Below are positions 30,339-39,621 of a DNA stretch of 64,000 nucleotides, one piece after another. Position 1 is the first letter of the stretch. Each line of letters begins with the position of its first letter. The notes under the pieces are model-generated. The model was not told the DNA's origin, did no database searches, and saw only the letters and a program-made list of their open reading frames with translations. Both the position numbers and the translations under genes were made by a program. Source of the stretch: an uncultured delta proteobacterium (lineage in GTDB: Bacteria; Desulfobacterota; Desulfobacteria; Desulfobacterales; UBA2156); NCBI GenBank assembly GCA_963698465.1, contig CAVOQY010000004.1:38521-102520 (forward strand). Reading direction: 5' to 3'.

Positions 30339-31352
30339 ATGAGAAAGATTTTAACGATTAGCTTGGTAGTGGTTCTGGCGTCGGCCATCGGAGTCTACGC
30401 GGCGGCAAAGGCATTTCCGAAACGGGATATCACCAATGTCGTTGTCTGGTCCGCCGGCGGCGGCACAGATGTCTGCAACCGCATGATCAGTGCCGAAATG
30501 GCTAAAGTCTTGGGCGTCAACATCAATGTGGTCAACAAAACCGGCGGTGTCGGAGGGTCCGTGGGGATGAGTTACGCCTATACCCAGGCCCATGACGGCT
30601 ACACCCTTTGCGGCCTCTCGGAGTCTTGTGTAACGGCCGGTGTCCAGGGCGGATGGGACAAGAGAATGGATTCCTGGGACTACTTTATCGTAGGAGGATC
30701 TCCGGACCTCATCTCGGTCACCCCCAACACCCCGTATAAAACCCTCAACGAACTGATAGAAGCCGCCAAGAAAGCACCGGGTTCCATCAAGGCCGGCGCC
30801 AGTGCCTCAGGCTCCATTCACCACCTGAACCTGCTGGCCTTGGAAAAAGGATCCGGCACCAAGTTCAACTACATCCCCTATCCCGGTTCTGCCCCCGCCC
30901 AGAATGCGGCCATGACCGGCGAGGTCTCCCTCGTGGTCACTTCCCTGGCCGAACAGCAGCAGCTCATCCGCGGCGGTAAATTGCGGCCCCTGGCCATGCT
31001 CATCCCGAGCGCCTTCGACGTTGCGGACGTGGGAAAAATCCCCTCCGCATTTGACGGGTACCCCGGACTGAAACAGTATCTCCCCATATCCCAAGCCATC
31101 GGATTCGCGGTTCCTGCGGATACCCCGGCAGAAGTCAAGGCCGTGATCGAGGCCGCTTTCAAGAAGGCGATGGCCACCGATACCATCCAGAAGTGGGGCA
31201 AGGAAAATTACTATCTGCTCTCTGCGAAAACGGGCGCCGACGCCAAGGCGGAGTTCAACAACCTGGAATCCCTCTTTGCCTGGACGCTCTGGGAGCTCGG
31301 TGCGGCCAAAGTCGATCCGGCGACCTTGAACATCCCCAAACCGGCCAAGTAA
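30339..31352 (+). CDS. tctC: tripartite tricarboxylate transporter substrate-binding protein (TctC/Bug family)
   Basis: Signal peptide, then VVWSAGGGTDVCNRMISAEMAKVLGVNINVVNKTGGVGGSVG and YIPYPGSAPAQNAAMTGEV. Confidence 0.88.
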   Translation: MRKILTISLVVVLASAIGVYAAAKAFPKRDITNVVVWSAGGGTDVCNRMISAEMAKVLGVNINVVNKTGGVGGSVGMSYAYTQAHDGYTLCGLSESCVTAGVQGGWDKRMDSWDYFIVGGSPDLISVTPNTPYKTLNELIEAAKKAPGSIKAGASASGSIHHLNLLALEKGSGTKFNYIPYPGSAPAQNAAMTGEVSLVVTSLAEQQQLIRGGKLRPLAMLIPSAFDVADVGKIPSAFDGYPGLKQYLPISQAIGFAVPADTPAEVKAVIEAAFKKAMATDTIQKWGKENYYLLSAKTGADAKAEFNNLESLFAWTLWELGAAKVDPATLNIPKPAK

Positions 31353-31428
31353 ATCGCTTCAAATCCAAAGGGGCGGGCGTGATTCCCCGTCCGCCCCGAT
31401 CCACCCTTTCTTCTGGAGCAGGGCTGCC

Positions 31429-32198
31429 ATGCTGGACAAGGAAAAACTAAGAAAAGCGGACGTGTTTTCGGGAATTGTCTTCTTTTTGTTCGGTCTCTGG
31501 ATCGTCTATCAAGCCTTCAAGATGCCCATGAAAGACAGTTGGGGAGGCGTCATGAATGTCTGGTATGTCTCTCCCGCCCTCATGCCGCTTTTCATCGGTT
31601 TCACGATCATGCTTCTGGGCGCCATGCTGTGCCGGGTTGCCCTCAAAAGCATCGGATGGAAAACGTTCTAGAGACGTTAAGATGGCTTGCCGGCCCAAAA
31701 ATGCTTCTAACCCTTAAAGGCGATGAGACCTGTCGTTTTTATGCCATCGCCGTCCTTTTTGTAACCCTGGTCTATGTTCACATTCCGCGGATCGATTTTT
31801 TCCTGTGTGCGGTTTTCTTTTTATTTTCTTTCATCATGATGTTTTATTTCATGGACGATCTTTTGTTGCGCTCCTTTCTGACTTTTTATCTGGTTTGCGA
31901 AGCAGCCCTGCTCGCGTATTTCGCCTTTGGGCTCCACCGTTTTACAAAGGATTTTTTTCCCTATTTCAACGATCTTTTCATGATTCTATTGACTCTATCT
32001 TTTATGGCTTTTGTCTGGAAGCAGGTGCGCCCGCGACCGGATCTCAAACAGAAATTCCGCATCGGCATGACGCTCGCCATCGTGACGCCTTTCGTGATCG
32101 GTCCGATCTTCAAATACTTTCTGATGGTGCCGCTCCCCAAAGAGGGGCTGATCGTCAGAGCCTTGGATTACCTCTGGTATCTGGAATTCATGCCATGA
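31429..32198 (+). CDS. tctB: TctB-family small membrane component, read in two frames (31429-31671 and 31656-32198)
   Basis: Hydrophobic TM-rich products lie in both segments, positioned between tctC and tctA. The frames switch at the A4 run 31660-31663. With one more A it would read ...SIGWKNVLETLRWLAGPK... continuously. Alternatively these are two overlapping small ORFs. Confidence 0.5.
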
Positions 32199-32224
32199 CT
32201 TTAAGCGCTTAAGGGAAACCTCCG

Positions 32225-33781
32225 ATGACCGTCATCGACACCTTCGGGATTTACCTCCAAAGCCTCGGCAACGTGGTCAGCAGTCCGGTGCACCTGGCCA
32301 TCCTCTTCGGGTCGGTTCTTCTGGGGATTATCTTCGGGGCGCTTCCCGGGTTGACTTCGACTTTGGGTGTGGCCCTGCTTACGGCCGTCACCTATGGGAT
32401 GGATGCCCCCACGGCAATGGTCTGCCTGTTGGCCATTTACGTCGGCGGCACCTATGGCGGATGCTATTCTTCCATCCTGATCAACATCCCCGGGACGGCC
32501 GCCTCGGCCGCCACGGCTCTCGACGGCTATCCGCTGGCCATGAAAGGACAGGCCGGTCGAACCATCGGGCTTTCCACCACCGCATCCGCCATCGGGACCA
32601 TCATCAGCATGCTCTTCCTGGTGACAGTTTCCCCCATCATCCTGCACTTCGCCCTGCAGTTCACCTCCTTCGAATTTTTCCTCCTGGCCTTTTTCGGAAT
32701 TCTGATCAGCGGGACGCTCACCACCCCGGATCTGGTCATCAAGGGCTGGATCGCGGGTTTCTTGGGGCTCTTCCTGGCCATGGTGGGGAGAGACCGCCTG
32801 CAATTCTATCCGCGCTTCACGTTCGGATTCCCGGAACTGGATGCCGGTATCGAAGTGGTCCCGGTCCTGATCGGCGCCTTCGGCATCCCCCAGATCATTC
32901 AAGTCCTCAAAGACCGGATTCAGGTCGGAGACGTTCAAAAACTCCAGCGTATTCTCCCGGAATTCGGGACCATCGTCAGGAACATACCCAAGATCATCCG
33001 CTCCGCGCTCATCGGCGTGGGAGTGGGTTGCGTCCCCGGCATCGGAGAAGACATCGCCGCCTGGGTGTCTTACGGCGCCGCGAAAAACACGTCCAAGAAC
33101 CCGGAAAATTTCGGAAAAGGAGAGATCACCGCGGTTCTCTCCACGGAGGTGGCCAACAATGCCTGCGTTGGAGGCGCCATTATCCCCTTGTTGAACCTGG
33201 GCATTCCCGGGAGCCCGCCGGCGGCCATGCTCCTGGGGGCCCTCATGCTGCACGGCGTCACGCCGGGACCCATGATCACCTTCGAACACCCCAAGTTCAT
33301 CATCGAATGCGCCGCTATCCTGCTTTTGGCGTCCATGAGCATGTGGATCGTCGGCATCACCCTGGCCAAGCAGGTGGTGAAGGTGCTGCGTATCCCCGCC
33401 CCCCTGTTTATGCCCGTCGTCGGGATCCTTTGCATCATCGGATCCTACTCTCTCGGGCTGGACATCACCAATCTTTACCTGATGATTCCCGTTGGGATCG
33501 TCAGCTATTTTCTGGCGGAAATGGGGTACCCCATCGCGCCGCTGGTCATCGGGGTCATTCTCGGACCCATGGCGGATGAAAATCTTCGCAGGGCGCTGAT
33601 GGTATCCCAGGGAAGCTTCTGGCCGGTCTTCACCCGGCCGGTATCGCTGAGTCTCGTTTTAATCATCGTCTGGCTCGTGCTGGTCCAGATCCCGGCGGTG
33701 AAAGCCTTTAAAAATACCTGGGTCGAGAAGCTGTTCGGCAGACTGAAACCGAACCGTTCCCGTGCACCGAGGATTCAATAA
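32225..33781 (+). CDS. tctA: tripartite tricarboxylate transporter permease TctA
   Basis: The 518-aa polytopic protein has GALPGLTSTLGVALL, GTAASAATALDGYP and GIPGSPPAAMLLGA motifs. Confidence 0.9.
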   Translation: MTVIDTFGIYLQSLGNVVSSPVHLAILFGSVLLGIIFGALPGLTSTLGVALLTAVTYGMDAPTAMVCLLAIYVGGTYGGCYSSILINIPGTAASAATALDGYPLAMKGQAGRTIGLSTTASAIGTIISMLFLVTVSPIILHFALQFTSFEFFLLAFFGILISGTLTTPDLVIKGWIAGFLGLFLAMVGRDRLQFYPRFTFGFPELDAGIEVVPVLIGAFGIPQIIQVLKDRIQVGDVQKLQRILPEFGTIVRNIPKIIRSALIGVGVGCVPGIGEDIAAWVSYGAAKNTSKNPENFGKGEITAVLSTEVANNACVGGAIIPLLNLGIPGSPPAAMLLGALMLHGVTPGPMITFEHPKFIIECAAILLLASMSMWIVGITLAKQVVKVLRIPAPLFMPVVGILCIIGSYSLGLDITNLYLMIPVGIVSYFLAEMGYPIAPLVIGVILGPMADENLRRALMVSQGSFWPVFTRPVSLSLVLIIVWLVLVQIPAVKAFKNTWVEKLFGRLKPNRSRAPRIQ

Positions 33782-33794
33782 AAAGGAGCCATGA

Positions 33795-34761
33795 ATGCTG
33801 AAGATGGCCATTATCACCGGCTTTTTATCCCGCACCAAGGACCGCTTTCACGATTACAACGAACCGCTGGAGTTGGAGCAGAAGTTTAAACTCATGACCG
33901 AAATAAAAGGGTACGACGGGGTTGAAATCGTCTTTCCCTACGAGGTCAGGGACCCGGAACCGACCCGTGCGCTTCCTGGAGAAATACGGGCTGAAAGTGG
34001 CGGCGGTCAATGTCAATGTCAAGGCCGAACCCGAGTTCCGAAACGGCGGGCTGACGTCCCTTAAAAAACAGACCCGGGAAAAGGCGGTTCGCTTCATCAA
34101 GGAAGCCAAAGACTTCGCCCAGGCTTTGGGGGCGGACAAGGTGACCTGTTGCCCGCTGGGGGACGGGTACGAATTTGCGTTCCAATATGACTACGCCAAA
34201 GCGTGGAAACACCTCGTGGAAACCTTCGGGGAAGCCGGAAGCCACAAACCGGATGTTCCGCTTTTTATCGAGTATAAACCCAGCGAAACCCGAGGACGAT
34301 GCTTTATCGATACCGCCGCCAAAACGCTGTGCCTGCTCAACGATATCCAGATCAAAGCCATGGGCGTCACGCTCGATTTCGGTCATTCCGTTTATGGAGG
34401 TGAAAATCCGGCGGAAGCCCTGGCGCTGTTGGCCGGAAGTCCCTATCCCTACTACATTCACATCAATGACAACGACGGCCGGTGGGACTGGGATTATTTC
34501 TGCGGAACCAAGCACTTTTTGGAATACGTGGAATTTCTGTATTACCTGAAGAAATACAAATACAAGGACTACCTCACTTCCGACACCTCTCCCACCCGGT
34601 GGGACATCAAAGGTACTTTCGAGGCCAACAGCAGGATCACCGGCAGGATCTGGTCCCTGCTGGACCGGGTGAGCGTGGGAAAGATCTCCCGGAGGACCGC
34701 CAAGGGGGATTACCTTGAAACCTGGCGCTTCATCGAGTCCGAGCTTTTCGGACTGAAATAA
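33795..34761 (+). pseudogene. sugar phosphate isomerase/epimerase (xylose isomerase-like TIM barrel) with a +1 frame change
   Basis: The N-terminal 57 codons are in one frame (MLKMAIITGFLSRTKDRF...GYDGVEIVFPYEVRDPEPT). The remainder is in the +1 frame from about 33967 (VRFLEKYGLKVAAVNVNV...IEYKPSETR...LDFGHSVYGGENP...HINDNDG). The junction is at the C3 run 33964-33966. Confidence 0.65.
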
Positions 34762-34788
34762 ATTTTTCTTCAAAGGAGGCCGATCCAG

Positions 34789-35637
34789 ATGCCCGAACCG
34801 GAAACCCCAAATACCGTGGAAGCGCTCAAGCGGATTGCGGCCAGCATCCGGTGCGCCATCATCGACATGATCTGCACTGCCGGCGCCGGTCATCCAGGCG
34901 GATCCCTTTCCGCCGCAGACCTCGTCACGGCCCTGTATTTCCGCGTCATGCGGATCGATCCCGAGAACCCGAACTGGCCGGACCGGGATCGCTTCATCCT
35001 TTCCAAGGGCCATGCCTGCCCGGTCTGGTATGCCGCCCTTGCTGAAAGAGGGTTTTTCGACAAATCCCACCTCTCCACGCTGCGCCGCCTGAACAGCATC
35101 CTTCAGGGGCATCCGGACATGCTGAAAACCCCCGGGATCGACATGACCGCCGGGTCTCTCGGACATGGTCTTTCCGTGGGGGTTGGCATGGCGCTTTCCG
35201 GAAAACTGCGAAAAAAAGATTACCACGTCTGGATCGTGATCGGCGACGGGGAGGTTCAGGAAGGTTCCATTTGGGAAGCCGCCATGTCCGGAGCCAAATG
35301 GAAGCTGGACAACCTCACGGCCATTTTGGATCGAAACCATCTCCAAAACGACGCCTGTGTCGACGTCCTGATGCCCATCGAACCCCTTGCGGACAAATGG
35401 CGCGCCTTCGGCTGGAGGGTCGTTGAAATCGATGGGCACAAGATGGAAGAAATTGTTCCGGCCCTCGAAGAAGCCAGGAGCTCCAAAGGGGCCCCCACAC
35501 TCCTCTTAGCGCACACGGTCAAGGGGAAAGGCGTCTCCTTCATGGAAAATGTCGCGGAATGGCATGGCAAGGCCCCCTGCGCCAAGGAAGCGCGGCAGGC
35601 CCTGGAAGAAATCAGGAGGTGCGCCTGTGAAATCTAA
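34789..35637 (+). CDS. transketolase, N-terminal (TPP-binding) subunit
   Basis: AGAGHPGGSLSAADLVTALYF...DRDRFILSKGHACPVWYAAL...GDGEVQEGSIWEA is the split-transketolase pattern. Confidence 0.92.
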   Translation: MPEPETPNTVEALKRIAASIRCAIIDMICTAGAGHPGGSLSAADLVTALYFRVMRIDPENPNWPDRDRFILSKGHACPVWYAALAERGFFDKSHLSTLRRLNSILQGHPDMLKTPGIDMTAGSLGHGLSVGVGMALSGKLRKKDYHVWIVIGDGEVQEGSIWEAAMSGAKWKLDNLTAILDRNHLQNDACVDVLMPIEPLADKWRAFGWRVVEIDGHKMEEIVPALEEARSSKGAPTLLLAHTVKGKGVSFMENVAEWHGKAPCAKEARQALEEIRRCACEI

Positions 35638-36667
35638 CACTGGATCCCCCTATCGGTATGTTCTGCCCGAGATCGTTGAAAGCCTCGCTTCGACGGATTT
35701 TTTCTCGAAGGCCCCCCAGCAGCCCACCCGCTACGCCTATGCGGAAGCCGTCATCGAACTCGGAGAAAAGAACCCGGCCGTGGTGGTCCTGGATGCGGAT
35801 GTCTCCAAGTCCATAAAAACCCACGAATTTGCTGAGAAATTTCCGGACCGGTCCTTCAATTTCGGTATCGCCGAGCAGAACATGATGGCCGCCGCGGCTG
35901 GGATGGCCACCACCGGGCTCATCCCCTTCGCCACGACCTATGCCGTCTTTGCCAGCATGCGGGCCCTGGACATGGTGCGCAACAGCATCCACTACCCCAA
36001 GTTGAACGTGAAGATCGCCGCCAGCCACGGCGGCATCACCCCGGGGCCGGACGGGGTGACCCACCAGGGACAGGAAGACCTTTCCATCCTCCGCGCCGTC
36101 GCCAACTCCACGGTGATCGCACCGGCGGATCCGGTCTCCACCCGGATGGCCGTTTGGGCTGCAGCCGAATTCCAGGGTCCGGTTTATCTGAGCTTCACCC
36201 GGGATCCCGTCCCCATACTCTATGGCACGGACTATCCTTTTAAGATCGGAAAAGCCGTGACGATCCGCGCAGGGAAAGATGCCTCCATCATCGCCAACCG
36301 TGATCTGGTGGTTCAGGCTCTCATCGCGGCAAAACGCCTTGCCGAAAAAGGGATCGACACCCGCGTCATCGACTGCCACACCTTAAAACCCCTGGATACC
36401 GAAACCCTCCTTGCAGCCGCCAGAGACACGGGAGCGATCGTCACCGCCGAGAACAATGTCTGGTTCGGGGGCCTGGGAAGCGCGGTCGCCGAGCTTTTGG
36501 TGGAGAACGATCCCATCCCCATGAAGCGCGTCGGCGTTCAGGACCTCTTTACAGAGTCCGGGCCTTACCTGGAGCTTCTGGAAAAATACGGCCTATCCGC
36601 AGGGCATATCGCTTCAGCCGTTGAAGAAGTCGTGCGAAGAAAAGGCCGGAAATCCAAAGGGAGTTGA
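35627..36667 (+). CDS. transketolase, C-terminal (pyrimidine-binding) subunit
   Basis: TRYAYAEAVIELGEKNPAVVVLDADVSKS...FNFGIAEQNMMAAAAGMA. The GTG at 35627 is preceded by AGGAGG and overlaps the upstream stop by 11 nt. The track start at 35549 is probably too long. Confidence 0.9.
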   Translation: MKSNTGSPYRYVLPEIVESLASTDFFSKAPQQPTRYAYAEAVIELGEKNPAVVVLDADVSKSIKTHEFAEKFPDRSFNFGIAEQNMMAAAAGMATTGLIPFATTYAVFASMRALDMVRNSIHYPKLNVKIAASHGGITPGPDGVTHQGQEDLSILRAVANSTVIAPADPVSTRMAVWAAAEFQGPVYLSFTRDPVPILYGTDYPFKIGKAVTIRAGKDASIIANRDLVVQALIAAKRLAEKGIDTRVIDCHTLKPLDTETLLAAARDTGAIVTAENNVWFGGLGSAVAELLVENDPIPMKRVGVQDLFTESGPYLELLEKYGLSAGHIASAVEEVVRRKGRKSKGS

Positions 36668-36669
36668 CC

Positions 36670-37794
36670 ATGGAATGGAAGACCGTCAATGCCTCCGGGG
36701 GCAACCGGGTCATCGTCACCAAGACGCTTCCGGGAACCCGATGGCTGGAGATCTTGAAGGATGCCGACTGCCGAGTCGAAATCTGCCAGTCGGATCGGGT
36801 GCTTGGCCTGGACGACATCCGGGCCGCCATCGGCTCCCGGTGCGAGGGAACCATCGGTCAGCTGACGGAAACATGGGGAGAGGCTTTGTTTGCCGCGCTC
36901 AAGGCGGCCGGCGGCAGAGTCTACAGCAACTACGCGGTGGGCTTCAACAACGTCGACTTGGCAGCGGCCACCCGTCACGGTATCCCCGTGGGAAACACTC
37001 CCGGCGTCCTGACGGAGACCACCGCAGAGATGGCCGTGGCGCTCACCTTTGCCGCCGCACGGCGCGTGGGGGAAGCGGAGCGTTTCTTAAGGGCCGGAAA
37101 GTTCAACGGGTGGCTTCCCACGCTTTTTCTGGGGGAGCGGCTCTGGCGCAAAACCGTGGGGATCCTCGGCGCCGGCCGCATCGGCGAAGCCTATGCCCGT
37201 ATGATGGCCGAGGGGTTCAAGATGAACGTCCTCTATCACGATTTGCACCCCAACCCCGGCCTGGAGGCGTACCTCCGGGACTACGGGCGATTCCTGGAAT
37301 CCCAGGGTCAGGCCCCGGTGGCCTGCCGAAGGGCGGAAGGCATAGAAGAGCTTCTGCGAAAAGCCGATTGCGTGAGCGTCCACACGGTCCTCAATGCGTC
37401 TACGCACCACCTCATCGACGCTGCGCGGCTTTCGATGATGAAGGCAAACGCCCTGTTAATCAACACCAGCCGGGGACCCGTCATCGACGAGGCGGCGCTG
37501 GTGGATCACTGCAAAAGCTACCCCGATTTTCGGGCAGCGCTGGATGTCTTCGAAGAGGAACCCGCCCTCAAGCCGGGGCTGGCGGATCTGGATAACGTCG
37601 TGATCGTCCCTCACATCGCTTCGGCCACCGGGTGGACGCGGCAGGGGATGGCCGTCCTCGCGGCGGCCAACGTGGCCGCCGTCCTTCGGAAAGATCCGGT
37701 ATGGTCAAGAACCGACATGGCCCCGTTTTTCGGGGAAAAGCCCCCCAGGGCCGCCCCCAGCATTCTCAACGCCCGGGAGCTGGGTCTTCCTTGA
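36670..37794 (+). CDS. D-isomer-specific 2-hydroxyacid dehydrogenase (glycerate dehydrogenase/hydroxypyruvate reductase-like)
   Basis: NADH-binding motif VGILGAGRIGEAYARMM, then NTSRGPVIDEAAL and PHIASAT. The ATG at 36670 follows AAGGGAG. Confidence 0.88.
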   Translation: MEWKTVNASGGNRVIVTKTLPGTRWLEILKDADCRVEICQSDRVLGLDDIRAAIGSRCEGTIGQLTETWGEALFAALKAAGGRVYSNYAVGFNNVDLAAATRHGIPVGNTPGVLTETTAEMAVALTFAAARRVGEAERFLRAGKFNGWLPTLFLGERLWRKTVGILGAGRIGEAYARMMAEGFKMNVLYHDLHPNPGLEAYLRDYGRFLESQGQAPVACRRAEGIEELLRKADCVSVHTVLNASTHHLIDAARLSMMKANALLINTSRGPVIDEAALVDHCKSYPDFRAALDVFEEEPALKPGLADLDNVVIVPHIASATGWTRQGMAVLAAANVAAVLRKDPVWSRTDMAPFFGEKPPRAAPSILNARELGLP

Positions 37795-37829
37795 CCAAGT
37801 AACAAGCCTGAGGGTCCGCGTTTCCTTTT

Positions 37830-38342
37830 CTATGCCGGCTCCGGCAGTCGGATGATCAAGACCGGTTTTTTGCACCGCCGCAGCACCCGGCGGGAAGTGC
37901 TTCCCATGGTGACGTCGGACAGCACGCCCTGCCCCCGGGAGCCCATGACGACGAGGTCGGCGTTCAATTCACCTGCCAGCCGGAGAATCTGATCCACCGG
38001 GTGGCCCCTCTTGACGAAGATGCTTTCCACGACGAAAGGGCAGTCCGGGAACCGGTCCTGGGCCTCCTGGCAGAAGCGCTCCAGGCGCTTTTGAATCATG
38101 GCTGCGGCCTGGGTTTCCTTATCCTTCTTGATCTCGGCAAGTCGTTTTTCGCCGACGGCTTCTTCCACCATGGACCACGCAAACGCCGAGGGTTCTTCGA
38201 TGACATGCAACACGACGATCTTGGCGCCAAGCCGGTAGGCGAGCGTTACGGCGTACCCGAAGGCCTGCCGCGCGTTCTCCGACAGGTCCGTGGCATAGAG
38301 GATCTTTTGAATTTCGGGAATGGAATCGCTCATTTCAGACAC
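37830..38342 (-). CDS. universal stress protein (UspA family)
   Basis: KILYATDLSENARQAFGYAV...ADLVVMGSRGQGVLSDVTMGSTSRRVLRRCKKPVLII. Confidence 0.88.
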   Translation of the reverse strand: MSEMSDSIPEIQKILYATDLSENARQAFGYAVTLAYRLGAKIVVLHVIEEPSAFAWSMVEEAVGEKRLAEIKKDKETQAAAMIQKRLERFCQEAQDRFPDCPFVVESIFVKRGHPVDQILRLAGELNADLVVMGSRGQGVLSDVTMGSTSRRVLRRCKKPVLIIRLPEPA

Positions 38343-38381
38343 CCCGTTTGACTTTTGGCCTTTTGAACCGTTTTCAAGACA

Positions 38382-38416
38382 GAATCGCCGGCCGTAAGAG
38401 CGCCGGCCGGCGATTC
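38382..38416 (-). terminator. GC-rich 13-bp stem hairpin between the TRAP dctP-like gene and usp
   Basis: GAATCGCCGGCCG, a 9-nt loop, then CGGCCGGCGATTC. There is no clear U-tract on either strand, so it could be a terminator, attenuator or mRNA-stability element. Confidence 0.45.
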
Positions 38417-38452
38417 GAAGCCCGATGAAATTTCTTCATCAGCGATAAAGAT

Positions 38453-39553
38453 CTATGCCTTCAGCGGAAAATCCTGCTGAATGATGTCGTAGTAGGTTTT
38501 CTCGGAAATGCTTCCCCAGGTTCCGACGATCTTCTGGAACTTTTTGAAGGACTCGTTGACCTTTTTGGCAATGGGCGTCTTGGCGGCTTCTTCCTCGACC
38601 ACCTCGGCGGCCATCTTGCGCAGGGCATTGAGGACCTCGTCCGGGAACCTGACGAGCTGCACCTTGTGCTTGGTAATCAACTCCTGGAGGGCCGCGCCGT
38701 TTTGAAAATCGAACTGATTCAATACCCACAGCTCGTTTTCCATGCAGGCGCAGTCGATGATGTGCTTGAGGTCCTTGGGAAGGGCATCGTAGGCTTTCTT
38801 GTTGAAAAAATACTCCAGGTAGGTGCCGGGCTCGTGCCAGCCTGGATAGTAGTAAAACTTAGCCGCCTGGTGGAAACCCATCCGCAGGTCGTGCAGGGGG
38901 CCCACCCACTCGGTGGCGTCGATGACCCCGCGCTCCAGGTTCGTGAAGATCTCGCCCCCGGCGGTTAACACGACCGTACCGCCGGCCTTGGCCACCACCT
39001 TGCCGCCCAGGCCCGGAATCCGCATCTTGAGGCCCTTGAAGTCGTCGATGGTGTTGATCTTCTTGTTGAACCAGCCCCCCATCTGCACGCCGGTGGACCC
39101 TCCGGGACGGGGGACCAGGTTGAACGGGGCATAGGTCTCCTCCCAGAGCTTCAGGCCGTCGCCGCTGTGAAACCACGCGGCCATGCCCTGGGCGTTCAGG
39201 CCGAAGGGAACCGCCGAAAACCACTGGGTGGCCGGTTCCTTCCCCGCCCAGTAATAAGCCGCCCCGCTCCCCACCTGCACCGTCCCGTCGGATACGGCCT
39301 GGAAGCTCTCCATGGGCGGCACCAGTTCGCCCGCAGCAAAGACCTGGATCTTGATCCGGCCGTCGGACAGCTCATCGATACGTTTGGCCAGTCGCTCGCA
39401 CCCTTCCTGGAGCACCGGCATCTTGGGCGGCCAGGTGGTCACCATCTTCCATAGGTGCTTCTTCTGGGCCATCACCGCCGGCGCGTTCACGGCAGTCGCC
39501 GCCACGGCAGCCGCACCCATCCCCGCCTTTTTCAGGAAATCCCGTCTTTTCAT
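38453..39553 (-). CDS. TRAP transporter substrate-binding protein (DctP family) with Tat-type signal
   Basis: MKRRDFLKKAGMGAAAVAATAVNAPAVMA signal. It has DctP-like length and is adjacent to the DctM and DctQ genes. Confidence 0.85.
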   Translation of the reverse strand: MKRRDFLKKAGMGAAAVAATAVNAPAVMAQKKHLWKMVTTWPPKMPVLQEGCERLAKRIDELSDGRIKIQVFAAGELVPPMESFQAVSDGTVQVGSGAAYYWAGKEPATQWFSAVPFGLNAQGMAAWFHSGDGLKLWEETYAPFNLVPRPGGSTGVQMGGWFNKKINTIDDFKGLKMRIPGLGGKVVAKAGGTVVLTAGGEIFTNLERGVIDATEWVGPLHDLRMGFHQAAKFYYYPGWHEPGTYLEYFFNKKAYDALPKDLKHIIDCACMENELWVLNQFDFQNGAALQELITKHKVQLVRFPDEVLNALRKMAAEVVEEEAAKTPIAKKVNESFKKFQKIVGTWGSISEKTYYDIIQQDFPLKA

Positions 39554-39621
39554 AAAACCTCCTTTGTTAATTTTTTAGAGCGTTTAACTATAGATAAACC
39601 GCAAGTAAGTCAACGTGTTTT

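Noticed and set aside
32201-33579. ORFs 32201-33289 (-) and 32461-33579 (+) over tctA
   Set aside because: They are off-frame or antisense to the clear TctA permease frame (32225-33781). The products are highly charged and Arg/Gly/His-rich, which is not plausible for this locus.
33946-35439. 497-aa minus-strand ORF
   Set aside because: It is antisense to the TIM-barrel isomerase and the transketolase N-subunit. The composition is typical of a shadow ORF.
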